A stretch of 64,000 nucleotides of DNA from assembly GCF_009914755.1 (NCBI RefSeq), contig NC_060942.1; one strand, 5' to 3'. Position numbers and translations under genes: made by a program. The notes beneath the pieces were generated by a model. The model worked only from the letters and a program-made list of their open reading frames with translations. It was not told the origin of the DNA and searched no databases. The DNA is from the human T2T-CHM13v2.0 reference genome, Homo sapiens. Positions 14,101 to 29,182 of this stretch are shown piece after piece (positions within the stretch are counted from its first letter, which is position 1; each line of letters starts with the position of its first letter).

Positions 14101-14679
14101 CAACCTTCATAAATAAATCTAATATATGTAACAAGCAGAGTTAAATAATTCCTAAAGTGCACAAAAATGTGAGTAGGAAAACTAGTGGGTTAGAGATTGG
14201 AAAGTGAATTGGAGTAGAGAGAATGGCGAGTTATTTGGGAAGACTTCTGCTGTTCAATTTAGCCATCTATGCTACCTAAAACAATTCTATCAGTGGTACA
14301 TATGTGTAATATAATGATATTTTTACTATATTTAAGGTATATAAGAGAGTCTCCCAGGTTAAAACAAGAAAAGAAGTACCAGAAAGTTTCAACTGGACAC
14401 AGAACATGCAAAGGGTTACAAAAGAGAAAACAATTCTTTTTGGGTAGCATGATCACTCTTTCAACACACCAGAGTTGCAGTAGTAGTACTGAAAAAGAAA
14501 CCTGAAATATACCTACAATATTAATGACTCTGCTACAAAAAATAATTTACAGGTGTGCTTGCTGTTTACAGAAGAACTGTTCTAAGAAATTGTGGTATTT
14601 CCAGTTTTCTTTCTCTGTATCTATCCTTCTGTTCAAAATAATTTAATTGTACATTTTGGAACAAAAACATATACATTTG

Positions 14680-16530
14680 TAGCTCTTCTTTCTTGAAACT
14701 CCATTACAATGGCAACTTGTCAAAAAAATAAGCCCACAAAAACAAAGAAAATTTAACAGGAGAAAACATCAAACTAAAACGGCAAGCAAAACTTTTGACT
14801 AAACAGTTGTATGAGTAATAACTGATTTAGCAGACTGGAGAGTTAGAGAAGATAATTAGTTTTATGGTATAAAACACAGAAATATGATCCACTCTGGGAA
14901 AAAAAAAAAGTCAGAAATTGAAGTATCAGATACTGTCAAGTTTGGGAGTTTCAGATTGGGTTTGAAAATAGAGTGGACTTTTTTTGGCATTTATTAAAAG
15001 AACAGTTTGAGACAAAGTTTCCAATTCAAAGTCCATGCTGTCAAGAGACTCCTCCTCCACTCAGAAGAATAAATAAAGTTTACCCTTGAGAGAGGGTGCA
15101 CAGCAATGTACTTGCCTCAGAGACGGGCAAAGGTGAGGGATGGAGATGCCGTGATAAAAATGAAAGAATTGAAAAAACAAACAAAAGAAGCTACATATGT
15201 ATTCCCCACTTCTGTAGCTGTTTTCCCTTCACAAACTCCCAGAATATTGAAAGTGAGGACTATTGCCCCTAGGCAGGAGACTGGAAGTATTATTCTACAA
15301 GGAAATCCCCCAGCCCTAGAGAAAAGATGTGCAGATATTGGAAAAGACAAAGAGAATGAGACAGCCAAGTCCCCATCTTATAATACTGTGGTAGAGTCTG
15401 CCATTCTAGCCCTGCCCATGACATGCATAGTTTCTCATCAACACATTTGGATCTCACTCTTAAGTATGGATAATATCTAAGGTTCACCATTGATTTGTTT
15501 TATTTTGTCTTTAAGTAAAATTTTAAATGAAAGACAGGAAAGAAAATCACACAATATAACAAACCAAAAGAAATAGAGACAAAACAGGAATCTGAAGAAA
15601 TCTTCAGTGAAACTATAATTGAATGCTTCAGTGAGCATCGTTTATTTGTTCATGAAACAAATATTCATTAAGCAGGAGCATAAAGCATCTATGCCAGATA
15701 CTGTTCCAAGCACTCAGGATATGTTGATGAATAGATTTTGCCTTGGGAAGTTATATTTGGTGGATGTGAGACAATATCTCATTCATGAAAATATAATAGA
15801 ATGTTATAAACAGGATAACTTAGAATTTTTTAAAATACGTAAGTTATACAATAAAAATGGATAGAGTTAGAACTGAAATTAAGAAAATCTCTTGGAAACT
15901 AGAACAAAATTATTAAGACATAGAAAATAGAAAGACAAATGTAAGATCATTAAAGGGTCAAATCAGAAATTCCTATATTTAATGGAGGACACAGAAAGAG
16001 AGAAAATAGAAAATGAGGACTGGTGGAGAGGGGAGTTATCAAGGTAATAATAAAATGAAATGTCTCAGAACTGAGGGACATAGATTTCCAGATGGAAAAG
16101 ACCCATTAAATTCAAGCCAAGATTCATCTTAATGAATTTTCTGAATAATAGAGATGAAGGGGAGAAGGGATGGAGGGGAGATCCCCCAGGAGGAAAGGAT
16201 TTGTCTCATTCAAAGAATTGCAGAGCAGAAGGCATGAAATTTCAGATCGATAACACCAGAATCTGGAAGGCAAGCAGATATACTTCCAAAATCTAAAGGA
16301 AATCTGCTTCCAACTGGAATTTACTCCTGGGCAAGTAGTCAATAAATCTGAAGGTTGAATGAAGATTTAGATGTGAAAAGTCTCAAGTATCCTTCATATA
16401 CACACTTTCCTAAGAGGCAACTGTAGTATATGCCTGTTCAAAGTGAAGAAGTAAAAACAAATGGAGGGATATATAATAACTATTAAAAAAAGATTATTAG
16501 TTTCGAGAACAATTAAAAATTATAAACAAA
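14680..16530 (+). mobile_element. HAL1 / ancient L1 ORF1-region remnant
   Basis: 'tgtctcagaactgagggacatagatttccagatggaaaagaccca' and 'gatgtgaaaagtctcaag...ctttcctaagaggcaactg...gaagtaaaaacaa' resemble HAL1. Confidence 0.65.
15640..15765 (-). mobile_element. L2 3' fragment within the HAL1 remnant
   Basis: 'ttcatgaaacaaatattcattaagc...tatgccagatactgttccaagcactcaggatatgttgatgaatag'. Confidence 0.65.
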
Positions 16531-16779
16531 GGAAATGTATTTATCCTATAATACATTCTTTGGGTGTGAACATAGTTTTAATACTGTAAATACTTTATGG
16601 TGTCATCAAACTGATCTTTCAAAGAAAATCCTGTACTCAAAATACTTTACTGGTACATGTTTGTTTTGGAATAAAATCCAAACACATCAAAATAAATTTT
16701 TTAAAGTTTATAAGAGTTTATGATTCATCTCGATATTCTCATTTCCCTATCCAGAGACTATATATGGGATCATTTGCAG

Positions 16780-17150
16780 TTCCTGAAAATTATTATGGTT
16801 TATCTGCCTCTTTCTTTTGCACTTGCAGATCCCTCTTCCTGGAATGTCTCCTTGCCTTCCTGAATGGCATCTGTGTATCTGTTCAAAACCAAGGCAAGCA
16901 CCATCTTTTCAGGAAGCTTTTTCTCATCCTCAGCCCCACCTGGCCTGACGTGGGCAGGTGCTCCTCCAGGTGCTCCTTTAACACCTGTGTTGATCTTTAT
17001 TCATGGATCAGTACTCTCACTGAATGTTAGTTTACTTTTCTTTCTCTTCCAAAAGAATGTGCTCTTCTGGAAAGTGGGAATTATGTTTTATTCATTGATA
17101 TATCCTCAGCTTCTAGCATACTATTTAAGCTCCTAAAAATTTGTTATTTA
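16780..17150 (+). mobile_element. L2 LINE 3' portion
   Basis: 'ttttgcacttgcagatccctcttcctggaatgtctcc...gttttattcattgatatatcctcagcttctagcata...aaatttgtt'. Confidence 0.75.
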
Positions 17151-17539
17151 ATCTTTAAAACAACCTAAAGATTTGAGGATTCATTCAGACATGAAAGAGA
17201 ATAAGTGACATGCATAAGGTCAAACCTTTTGTAACTAGTAGAGCCAGATTTAAACTCAGGCCTTTGGTATACTATAGTTTTTCCTATATTGTGCTAGAAC
17301 ATACTGGATTCTTGTTTAAGTAATAAGCATTTTCCAAGGCAATCTGGGCTTGGGATACCTCAGACCTAGTTCTAATGTGATAATGATTAGCTATATGGTC
17401 TTCAGCAAATTATTTCGTTTCATTTTTGTAAGTCTCCTCCCTAAGTCAAAGAGGTGTGTTTCTCAGAAAAAGTACACATTTCTCATCAGTAGCATGCTGC
17501 TTAAGGTCATGGGTATGGAAGCTCTGTGAAATGTCCAAA

Positions 17540-17802
17540 GCTCTGCCACCCAAGCTGGAGTGCAGGGGAGTGACTATAGCTCACTGTAGCCTCAAGCTCC
17601 TGAGCTCAAGTAATTCTCCCCACTCAGCCACTCTAGTAGCTAGGACTAGTCGTGTTCCACCACATCTTGCTAATTTTAAAAATTTTTTTGTGGAGACAGA
17701 GTCTCACTATGCTGCCCACGCTGGTCTCAAATTCCTAGCTTCAAGTAGTCCTCTCACCTTGACTTCTCAAAATGCTGGGATTACAAGCCACTATGCCTAG
17801 CC
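17540..17802 (-). mobile_element. AluJ lacking its poly-A tail
   Basis: AluJ-type 'atagctcactgtagcctcaagctcctgagctcaag' and 'ctcactatgctgccc'; no poly-T at the left end. Confidence 0.9.
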
Positions 17803-19993
17803 GAAAGCATGTAGTTGTGAAGTGGTGAGTTCTAATTGCAACTTACTGTATGTTTGGATGTTTGATTGTTAGTTATCTTAAATATGGGCCTTCATGTTTA
17901 CATTCTCTCAAGTAACTCATGCTTTACTTCTCTTTATATCTGCCTTAAGACTGCCACACACTGAAATTGCACGATGATAACATTATGTTTGTGCATTGCT
18001 TTTTGCCAGTTTTGATGAAAATAAAGGTCAATATTAATACTTTTAAAGCTATTTAAATTGCAGCTTCATCCTAAATATTGCACAGAATAAGTAGAGAAAA
18101 TCAGTACTGGAAAATGACTAGTAACAAAATTACTCAAGCAAGATGTTATATTTGAAAACTTTTAGCAAAGAATCTTTAATAGGTGGGAATTAAAAAATAA
18201 ATCTTGTTTTGACAGTATTTAATAGGGAGAAATATTTTGGAGTATACAGAAAATTTATTTTTAAGACAATTTGACACAATATGGTTAAAAAAGATTTCTT
18301 TTGTTGAAAAATAGAATTCTCTCTATATTATAGCTCTACATCCTATTACTTCCATTTGATATTGAAAAATGGAAAAAGATAACTCATATCTAAAGAAACA
18401 TTGATTCCAATGGATTTTCGATTCAAATAAACAGTCTTTACTCAACAATGAAATTTATATAAAAAGAAGTATTTTTTTCTTTTCCCTCCTTTTATTTATA
18501 CATCCATAATCAGGCAAGCCATAACACTGTCTAAACAACTGTATGCATTAACAAATAAACATAGATCAATAGCTAAATTTGACACACATGCACTGTTCTC
18601 TATGAAAACATCAATAGTCTAAAAGCTGAGTGGGCATAGCTGGAAAAATATGCTTTACAGACACAATGTTGGCAGAAGATTAAATAACCAGATGTCAGAG
18701 AGAAAAAAAAATTCAATGAAACTGAGCACATATTGGAAATGTACAGGTATTCTGTAGAGCTAAACTGTTCAGGATTAATAATAAGAAAATTATCTTCTAG
18801 CTGCAGTCATTCAATTACTGTGTGTGCAAATATTTTGGACTGGATGTTTTTTATTCAAATATATTATTATCTACATAAGAAGTCCTTTTGGGAGTCAAGG
18901 CAGAACTAGGATATGAGTTGCACAATGTGGTCCAATCTGAAAACAATATCTTAAGTTACTATAGAACCTTTCATAAGTGCAATCACAGATGACTTGTGTC
19001 ATTCAAATCTATAGCACTGTGATGGAGCAATGAAAAAGGAATATATAACTTAGTAATGGGCTCAGACAGCTGAGAGAAGCCAAGTTTATGTAGAGCATTT
19101 GATTGAAAATAGATGAAATTTAAGAGTGTGTCAACTCAGCCAGTACCTACCCAAACCAAAAAGCAAATAAGCCATTTGCCATTTTATTATAAGGCAATAT
19201 GGATGTGGATAGGGCAGTACACAAGGCACAGGGGCCATACAACATTTTTTATCATTTTCCAATGTTATTATCTGAAATAATTCATTGTAATTACACACAA
19301 TAGAAGACACTATGTCTCCTATGAGTAATATTTTTAAAGGGATGACTCTTGGCTTACTAGCATGAGCAAATTGTCAGGAATGTCTACAGCAGGAGAAACT
19401 GACAATTTACCTTAGACAACTTTTAATTCACTTCTGAAAAAATTTGCTGTATTGTAAGTCTACAAGCATTGTCTCACATACATCCATAGTTTTATAATTC
19501 CTGAAATTGCTTGGCGTGCAGTCTCATTGTTTCTGTAATATTCATATATAGAGGAAGGGCACAAAATACATTAAAACTATTCACTTGCTTATGTAAATGT
19601 TACATGTCAGATTCTATCTAGAAAACAAGAGAATAAAGAGAGTAAATGGGCTGTGGGATGGGGTTTAGTATTGGAAGAAAGTACAAAACTGGAAGAGGAG
19701 ATAGAATAGAGAGGTTATCTTCCCAGAGGTTATCAACCCAGAGAAAAACAAAACCCATCATTTAGAACAGAGATATTAAGACAAATACAAAGACTTCTGA
19801 CCAGAGAATGGAAATTGGGGTGGATTTCCAGGAATGTATCAGGCAAAAGGCAAAGCAAGGTTTCAAAGTGACAAGTCACAGGTTTAAGAGTGGAGATTGA
19901 GACAAAATGAAAACATAACAACAATATCAAAAAATGAAGACAGAGGCCATTGGGATAAGAATGATGTAAAGGGGACCTATAAAGATTAGTTCA

Positions 19994-20279
<286 letters not shown>

Positions 20280-20359
20280 TCAGTCCACATTAAAAAAAAA
20301 AAAGATTAGTCCACATAAAAGTGCATGCTCACTTTTCCTAAAGAATATTATGACCAAAA

Positions 20360-20740
20360 CATAAAAAAAGATAGAAGATTGATTGATAGAAGTATTTATA
20401 CATAAATCAATAAGAAAAAAAAGCACACCAACAAAATAAATTGATAAAGGACAGGGTCAGGTATACAACTCTCCAGTAAGCATATGTAATAATACCCAAT
20501 CTTACTAGTAAGCAAAGAAATATTAAATCAACTATGCTTATTTTTAATTCATTAAGTTGGCTAAAATTAAAACAATAAAAAAGACACACCACAGAAAGAC
20601 TGTTATGATACAGGCACTTTTTCTGTCAGTGTGATGCTTTAGGGTTTCTTAGGAGGAAAAGTCTAAACATTTTGCATTCCTATTAATGATTTCAAGAAAT
20701 TCATTATACACAAATATATGGACTTACGCAAAGACTTAGC
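20360..20740 (+). mobile_element. Highly decayed L1ME-type ORF2/3' fragment
   Basis: 'aaatcaataagaaaaaaagcacaccaac...ccagtaagcatatg...cttactagtaagcaaagaaatattaaatcaactatg' follows the order of the L1 3' end. Confidence 0.55.
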
Positions 20741-22029
20741 CAGATGTATTGATTTTAACACATACACACAAACATATACTAATATATAAATTATTTTTAC
20801 ATAGTTATCATAACATTTTTAAACTGAGATGTAGGTTTCTTTCCAAGGAATTGGTGTACTGACATCTGATCCCTGTCCTCTTCATTCTCTGTCAGGCTTA
20901 TAAGGACATGGAATGAGAGATAGTTGAAGAATATGGCTGTTCCCTTAATCCAGCTACATGGACCAGGTCTGAGTGCGAGGAGAAAGTAGGCTGCAAAGAA
21001 AGCTCAAGACATTGGTTTGAAGAAGGGATTTCATGAGATTCTGACTATAGGCTGGACAACTTTAGTTCTCCAGAGACAAAGTTCAATAAGTATATAGAGG
21101 GGCTGTGAGGACTAGGTATAACATAATAGTACTTTTGGATGCTTGGGGCCTTAGCAATGTTGAGGAATCTAGGAGAAAGGCAGCCTCCAGGAAAAGGAAG
21201 CCATGTTGGCAGGGGAGGGCTGGTATCAGGGGCAGTGATAAAATATTGCTCCCATGGGTCCTGCAAGAAACATGCATCACTGGAGGCTAACACGAAAGCA
21301 TGGAAGAACTTCCCAGTTGAATATGCAGGACAAACTTGGAGATTCAGAGACAACTGGGGGAGACTCTTGAAGGTGATGTTAAAAAAAATGACCCAAAATA
21401 TAGTCAAAATCACCAAAGAAATTCTCTTATAGCTACCCCAGAATAAGGGACACTGACAAATGCCATACGATTCCTGAGTTGAGCTCAAGAAAGAAACACA
21501 AGATTCTGTAATAGAATAGAAGTAACAATATTGAGAATTCTCATGATTATTCTCAAATATGGAGCAAACTGACTATATGCTAACATATTCTCTCTTTTGA
21601 CTGACATGTTTTAGACACAACTACTGGGCAAAATGGAGGCATGAATGAAAGGGCCGTTTTTCTGGTAGATATGAATGTTCTGACTCCACACATCTGGTGG
21701 AACAAATAACCCACAGAGTCTATGGAAATGGTGAGCACCCTACAACCTGGTGAAATGAATCTTCCTCTAGGACAAGGAAAGCCAGTCAGACATGATAACA
21801 TCTGAAGGGCAGATGAGGAGTTGAATAGAGCTATGCTGCTAGAATTACAGGATCCAGCTGCCTGATATAGGGCCAGGGCCAGAATAAAACTCTAAAGATT
21901 TTGGCTAGCTCGCTCCTAGCTCAGAGGGGAAAGCACCCAGGTCTCAAATATTATGGGAAGGAATAAAGTAGTCCACATAAATACAACACACACGATATTA
22001 TAGGAATATTATATGACTATATAATACTA

Positions 22030-22210
22030 TCATAGTACATGCCAAGATCTAGCTCAAGTAGGACAACAACAGGCAGTTTTCAAATATGAAGACATTCAGA
22101 AAGTTTAATACTCATAAGCCTTTCTTAAAAACAACAAGAAAATATCCCAAATATAAATTTCAGCAAATTAAAGAATGAATCAAATTCAAAATGCAGAGAT
22201 AAATTTTTAA
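22030..22210 (+). mobile_element. HAL1-like fragment interrupted by the L1PB (may resume near 25000-25250)
   Basis: 'ttttcaaatatgaagacattcagaaag...ctcataagcctttcttaaaaac...ttcagcaaattaaagaatgaatcaaa'. Confidence 0.45.
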
Positions 22211-22227
22211 AAAATGTTTTAAAAAGT

Positions 22228-24990
22228 AATAAACTAGTAAACCTAGAAAAGATGGATGAATTCCTGGAAAAATACAACTCTCCTAGCTTAAATCAGGAAA
22301 AATTAGATACACTGTACAGACCAATAACAAGCAGTGAGATTGAAATGGTAGTTTAAAAATTACTAACAAAAAAATGTCCAGGGCCAGACAGATTAACAGC
22401 AGAATTCTGTCATTCAAAGAATTGGCACCAATCTGTTTGACACTATTCCACAAGATAGAAAAAGAGGGACCCACCCAATTCATTTTATGAAGCCCATGTC
22501 ACTCTAATACCAAAACCAGGAAATGACATAACCAAAAAAGAAAACTACAGACAGATATCTCTGATGAACATTGACACCTAAATTCTTAACAAAATAATAG
22601 CTAACTGAATCCAACAACACATCAGAAAGATAACCCACCATGATCCAGTGAATTTCATATCAGGGATGCAGGGTGGGTTTAACTTACACAAGTAAATAAA
22701 TATGATACACCATGTAAACAGAATTAAAAACAAAAATCCCATGATCATCTCAATAGATGCAGAAAAAGCATTCAATAAAATCCAGCACCGCTTTATGATT
22801 AAAACGCTCAGCAAAATCAGCATACAAGGGACATATCTCAATGTAACAAAACCCATCTGTGACAAACCCACAGCCAACATAATACTGAGTGGGGAAAAGT
22901 TGAAAGCATTCCCTCTGAGAACTGGAACAAGACAAGGATGCCCACTCTCACCACTCCTCTTCAACATGGTACTGAAAGTCATAGCCAGAACAATTAGACA
23001 AGAGAAAGAAATAAAAGGAATTCAAATCTGTAAAGAGGAAGTCAAACTGTCACTGTTTGCTGGTGATATGATCGTTTACCTCCAAAACCCTAAAGACTCC
23101 TCCAGAAAGCTCCTAGAACTGATAAAAGAATTTAGCAAAGTTTCTGCATGTAAGATTAATGTACACAAATCAGCAGCTCTTCTGTACACCAACAGCGGCC
23201 AAGCAGAGAATCAAATCAAGATTACTCAGTTGTTTCTACAATAGCTGCAAGCAAAATTAAATACTTAGGAATATACCTAACCAAGGACATGAAAGAACTC
23301 TACAAGGAAAACTTCAAAACACTGCTGAAAGGAATCATAGATGACACAAACAAATGGAAACATATCCCATGCTCATGGATGGATAGAATCAAAGTTGTGA
23401 AAATGACCATACTGCCAAAGGCAATCCACAAATTCAACACAATCCCCATCAAAATACCACCATCATCCTTCACAAAATTAGTAAAAACAATTCCATAATT
23501 CATATGGAATCAAAAAAGAGCTGGCATAGTCAAAGCAAAACTAAGCAAAAAGAACAAATCTGGAAGTATCACATTACCTGATTTCAAACTATACTATAAG
23601 GCTATAGTACCCAAGACAGTGTGGTACTGGTATAAAAATGGGCATGTAGACCGATGGAGCAGAATAGAGAACCCAGAAATAAACCCAAGTACTTACAGCT
23701 AACTGATCTAGGCAAAGCAAACAAAAACATAAAGTGGGGAAAGGTCACCCTTTTCAACAAATGGTGCTGGGATAATTGGCTAGCCACATACAGGAGCATG
23801 AAACTGGATCCTCATCTCTCACCTTATACAAAAATCAACTCAAGATGGATTAAGGACTTAAAGACCAGGAACTATAAAAATTCTAGAAGATAATGTTGGA
23901 AAAACCCTTGTAGACATTGGCTTAGGCAAAGATTTCATGACCAAGAACCCAAAAGCAAATGCAATAAAAACAAAGATAAATAGTTGGGACTTAATTAAAC
24001 TAAAGAGCTCTTGCATGGTAAAAGGAACAGTCAGTAGAGTAAACAGACAACCCACAGAGTAGGAGAAGATCTTCACAATCTATACATCTGACAAAGGGCT
24101 AATATTCAGAATATACAGTAAACTCAAACAAATCAGAAAAAAAACCCATAAAAAATAGGTTAAGGACATGAATAGACAATTTTCAAAAGAAGATATACAA
24201 ATGACCAAGAAACATATGAAAAAATGCTCAACATCACTAGTGACCAGGGAAATGCAAATCAAAACCACAATGTGATACTACCTTGCTCCTGAAAGAATGA
24301 CCATAATCAAAGAATCAAAAAACAGTAGATGTTGGCATGGATGCAGTGATCAGGGAACACTTCTACACTGCTGGTGGGAATGTAAACTAGTACAGCCACT
24401 ATGGAAAACAGTGTGGACATTCCTTAATGAACTAAAAGTAGAACTACCGTTTGATCCAGCAATCCCACTACTGGGTTTCTATCCAGAAGGAAAGGAGTCA
24501 TTACATGAAAAAGATACTTGCCCACACATATTTATAGCAGCACAATTCACAATTGCAAAATCACGGAACCAACCCAAATCCCCATCAACCAACTAGTGGG
24601 TAAAGAAACTTGCATATATATGTACGATGGAATACTACTTGGCCATAAAAAGGAATGAATTAATGGCATTTGCAGCGACCTGGATGAGATTGGAGATTAT
24701 TATTCTAAGTGAAGTAATTCAGGAATGGAAAACCAAACATCATATGTTCTCACGGATATGTGGGAGCTAAGCTATGAGCAAGCAAAGGCATAAGAATGAT
24801 ACAATGGACTTTGGGGAATTGGGGGGAAGGATGGGAAGGGAACAAGGGATAACACACTACAAATAGGGTGCAGTGTGTACTGCTAGGGTGATGGGTGCAC
24901 AAAAATCTCACAGATCACCAGCAAAGAACTTACTCATGTAACCAAATATCACCTGTACCCCAATAACCTGTGGAAAAATTTAAAAATTTT
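22228..24990 (+). mobile_element. 5'-truncated L1PB (L1PB1-like), ~2.76 kb
   Basis: ORF2 peptides 22702-23244 (RT: [27 protein letters not shown]), 23289-23498 and 23654-23893; L1PB 3' UTR 'gggtgatgggtgcacaaaaatctcacagatcaccagcaaagaacttactcatgtaacc'. Confidence 0.95.
22702..23244 (+). pseudogene. L1 ORF2 reverse transcriptase fragment (dead)
   Basis: 180-aa ORF matches the L1 RT core; catalytic FADD reads FAGD; flanked by frameshifts. Confidence 0.9.
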
Positions 24991-25504
24991 AAGAATTACT
25001 CTAAATCTCAATACATTTGAAATAATCAAAATAAAAATATCACCTTAATATGAAAAGTGGGAGAGGGGAGGTGTAATGACAAGTGAGAATGTTAGTGCCC
25101 TTTTCTTTCCAGATGTAAAGTAAATTGATGCTGCCGTAAATCGAAACGCAGAATTTTAAAAATCTGCTTTTCTTAACCATCACAGAATCTCTTGGAAAAA
25201 TTTTGTTTTTAAAGTTTTTTAACAAATTCAGTTATTCTTGCAATTTTAGTCATACTTGTTTTCATTGGTTATATTCACATAAATAGAGATTGAATACTTT
25301 CCATTTAAAAAATTACATCCATATAAAAGAAACCCAGATCAATAAAACTAGCATTCTCTCATCCATACCTTCTCCCTCACCTTCCTCTTTCTCCTTCCTT
25401 TCCTGCATTTCTCCCTCCATACCTCCATATGTAACACAAAATATCTGCCTAATATTAGGTGATTATTTCTGAGGAATTTGCTGTTTTTTAAACCTTTTTT
25501 TATT

Positions 25505-25790
25505 ATGTGAATTTTATAATATATATGTGTGTATATTTGCATATTTGATATATGCAGGTGTATGCATATGTGTGTGTATTGTCTTACCTAAATCATATGA
25601 AGAAGGGTGACTCTTTGCAGGAGGCTATTTTCTGGAACACAAAAGGGTGGGGGTATTTCTTAACCTTCCCTATTTTCCAGGATCTATCACAAGACTCAGG
25701 AGAAATATAACATTGTCAGTACATATGTATAATATATATACATGTGTGTATGAACATGTGTACATATATACACATATATAATATTTTATA
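25505..25790. repeat. Alternating TA/TG/CA low-complexity tracts
   Basis: tatatatatgtgtgtata... at 25516-25580 and acatatgtataatatatatacatgtgtgt... at 25720-25790. Confidence 0.7.
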
Positions 25791-27114
25791 TGAGTAAAAA
25801 ACTGCACAATAAGAGCTATTTTAAAATAGTCAATGTGAGGATAAGTCAAATAGAAATAATCACAAAGTTAAAAATACCAAAGCAGACCTCTGTTTCTGGG
25901 CATATTTTGAGCACTGCAATACCCAATCAGTAAGCTCACAGGCAGGATTAATTAGGCATTAATATGGATACTGTTTAGCTACTCGTAGCTTCTTTATGGA
26001 AGGTGTAACTAAAAGCGCTATGACATGAAGTGCTGATTCAGGGTCCAGAAATACAGGCTGTAACCAGGGCTGGGGGGTACAGCCACCCTCACTCTTTTCA
26101 TGTAGTCCCTCACAGAAGTTGAGGACACACAGCGGTTGACCACACTGCTACATGATGAAGAATAAATTATTTATTCCTTCTCTCACCCTTTGAAGAAATG
26201 TTTAAGAAATGCTCCTTTTCCTTGTGTCCAGTAGAGTATAAAAGTGAATATGATATATTCTATTTCCTCTGGGGGGTCTTTCACCTCCCCTATGATTTTA
26301 AGCTTCTGGTATATTAGTGATTTAAGTAACAATACAAGAAAACAACATCAATATGTCACATGATAATACACTACAAGTTAAGTGTACAGAAAATATGTGT
26401 GATTAGGTTGAAGCAATAAAGAGAACAGAGAATGTGAGATAAGCTGGCACGGGTTCTACATAGTCAATCTCAATGCATGGCCAGATTCAGTTGAGAGAGC
26501 TGCAGGGTAACTTCAGAATGGTGGGAAGCAGATTAGAAGTGCTAAGAGAGGAGCAGTGTAAGGGACCAGGCTGCCTTCTCAATGAGAAGGGATCTCAGAT
26601 GATGGCCCACTTTGGTTCACACCTTTTCTGACCTTAGTGTGCCATTTACTGTTAGTGACTCCCACGTGCATCCATGGTAATCCATGGCTAGAGACAACTG
26701 AATTTCCCATTAATCCCAGCTAGCACTTTCCTTTCCCCTATCTCAAAGAGCCCAGAATAGACTATTAGGTGAGATCCATAGATGTTTTATCACAATGTGA
26801 CCCTGCTTCCTCCATTCTTCCTGACTCTAAAATGAAAGAGATATCACATTCATTGTGTAACTCTCAGTATTTCAAAGAAGGTTGAATCTATTATTCTTTA
26901 CATTGTCATTTGGCTGAGCCTTAACACCTTTTACCTTGGCTTTCCAGCTAATCCATTCTTCATCTTCCTGGTGAGATCTCTTTATTTTATTTATGGTTAC
27001 AACAATGTGTATGTTTACAAACAAATTGGAGCCAAGTGTAAATAGAAACACAATTTCTATAAAGCAAAGTAATCTTTCAAATATGGCTCTATAACTTAAT
27101 CAATATCTAATTAA

Positions 27115-27474
<360 letters not shown>

Positions 27475-27909
27475 CTAAACTCTTTGTAATCATGTTTTTC
27501 CCTTCTTTCTAGCACTGTCTCCTGGGTAATTAACCCAAAGCACGGAGAGGTTAGGTGATTAGGCTTATGTCACACAGCAAGAAAATCAAGTATGTTACCC
27601 ATCCCTGCAGCAAATCTCCTTTTACGTGTTTACATTTTTGCTACTCCCATTTTTGCTCCACAATGTCCCTGCCATGCCACTCTATGAACATATTAGGTTT
27701 CCTCAATTATAAAATATAATTTTTGTGTAAATGCTTAATCAACTTAAGTGTAGCTTTTTGAGGTTGACGGGAGATAGAAATACATTTACTGAGTTAAATG
27801 TATACTTTCATTACTCATGTACCTGTGGATTTCGGTAATACTAAATGCCAAAAACCTAAGTTGTATGTTATAATTGAAAAATATGGTATGTCCTCATTCC
27901 CATAACTAG

Positions 27910-28180
27910 CAATTTTTCAAGGCCAAGTTCAAAGGTCAGCATATCCGGGAATCATTTCCTATTTGCCTCATCTAGAATTGGCTATTGTCTCCCTAAAACT
28001 CCAATCATGCATGTTAATTTATTTCTCACATGCCCTTTATTTGCACTGCTTATTTAGACAGGCTATGCTCTTTTTGCAGAAACTTTAGCATAAAAGATGT
28101 TAGAGTATCTTACATTCCCAAGCAATGTTATGTGAGTGCAATAGGTGCTCAATAAATATTCCTTGCCTGACTGCATAGAA
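27910..28180 (+). mobile_element. L2 3' fragment
   Basis: 'tttcaaggccaagttcaaaggtc...' through 'ataggtgctcaataaatattccttg'. Confidence 0.7.
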
Positions 28181-28874
28181 ACAAAACTGCAGATGAATTT
28201 GTCAGTTCAGTAAAAAACAAATATTTTTTCTATTCAATGCCATGGGTCTTTCTACTGATTTGACTCTCTTGATGCTGTAAAGATTTGGTCATTTGTTTGC
28301 TTTTTTAAAAGTTGGTTAATGTTTATTATCTTCTCATAATATATATGGGTTCTCACAAGTAGGCAGAAATTAATTGTATAGTCAGCTATAATCAGATGTC
28401 TCTGCATGAGACAGTAAGGCATACCTTCTTTTCAGATGGCTTCACTCTACTCCAATCCCAAGAGCGTAGTGGGTAGAGGGAAAGCTTTGGATCCTCCACA
28501 GCAGCCTCAGAAGAGCAAGGAAAATGGAGAAGGAAGGGCAGTGCAAAGTACCCTTGAAAAAGAGTTCCTGACATTTATTCATAGCAGAATATCTTAAACA
28601 ACAACAAAAAAGGCACCTGGCCCATTGTTAATGTGGCTCATCTCCCTTTAGCCCCACAAGTGGTCCAGACCACCTGACTTTCCAAGATTTCATGTCTGGT
28701 TCTAACAAATTTGCCTTCTTTTTTCAATAACTATATTAAGGGTCACTTTTTACAGTTATTATTGTATCTTTTACTAGCATCATCCTTTCATTTCGATCTC
28801 CTTGGTGGAAATAAGATAATCAAACTATTTTAATGAGCAAAATATGAGTAAATGAGGACTCTAAGAACTCAAGG

Positions 28875-29182
28875 GGGCAGGGTATGGTGGCTCACACCTG
28901 TAATCCCAGCACTTTGGGAGGCTGAGGTGGGCGGATCACTAGGTCAAGAGAGCGAGACCATCCTGGCCAACATGGTGAAACCCCGTCTCAACTAAAAATA
29001 CAAAAATTACCTGAGCATGATGGCGCACACCTGTAGTCCCAGCTACTCAGGAGGCTGAGGCAGGAGAATCACTTGAACTGGGGAGGCGGAGGTTGTGGTG
29101 ACCGTGAGCTGAGATTGTGCCACTGCACTCCAGCCTGGGTGACAGAGCGAGACTCCATCTAAAAAAAAAAAAAAAAAAAAAA
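28875..29182 (+). mobile_element. AluSc-like SINE
   Basis: 'ggatcactaggtcaagagagcgagaccatcctggccaacatgg'; A22 tail; TSD aagaactcaagg / aagaattcaagg. Confidence 0.96.

Noticed and set aside
15106-15480. 124-aa ORF, also 21045-21488, 10168-10494 and 59569-59934
   Set aside because: No recognisable domain or coherent exon structure; consistent with chance ORFs or old repeat sequence
22578-24596. Longest ORF cluster with reverse transcriptase motifs, as a possible novel RT system
   Set aside because: Ordinary 5'-truncated L1PB ORF2 with frameshifts and a mutated FADD motif; antisense ORFs are its mirror
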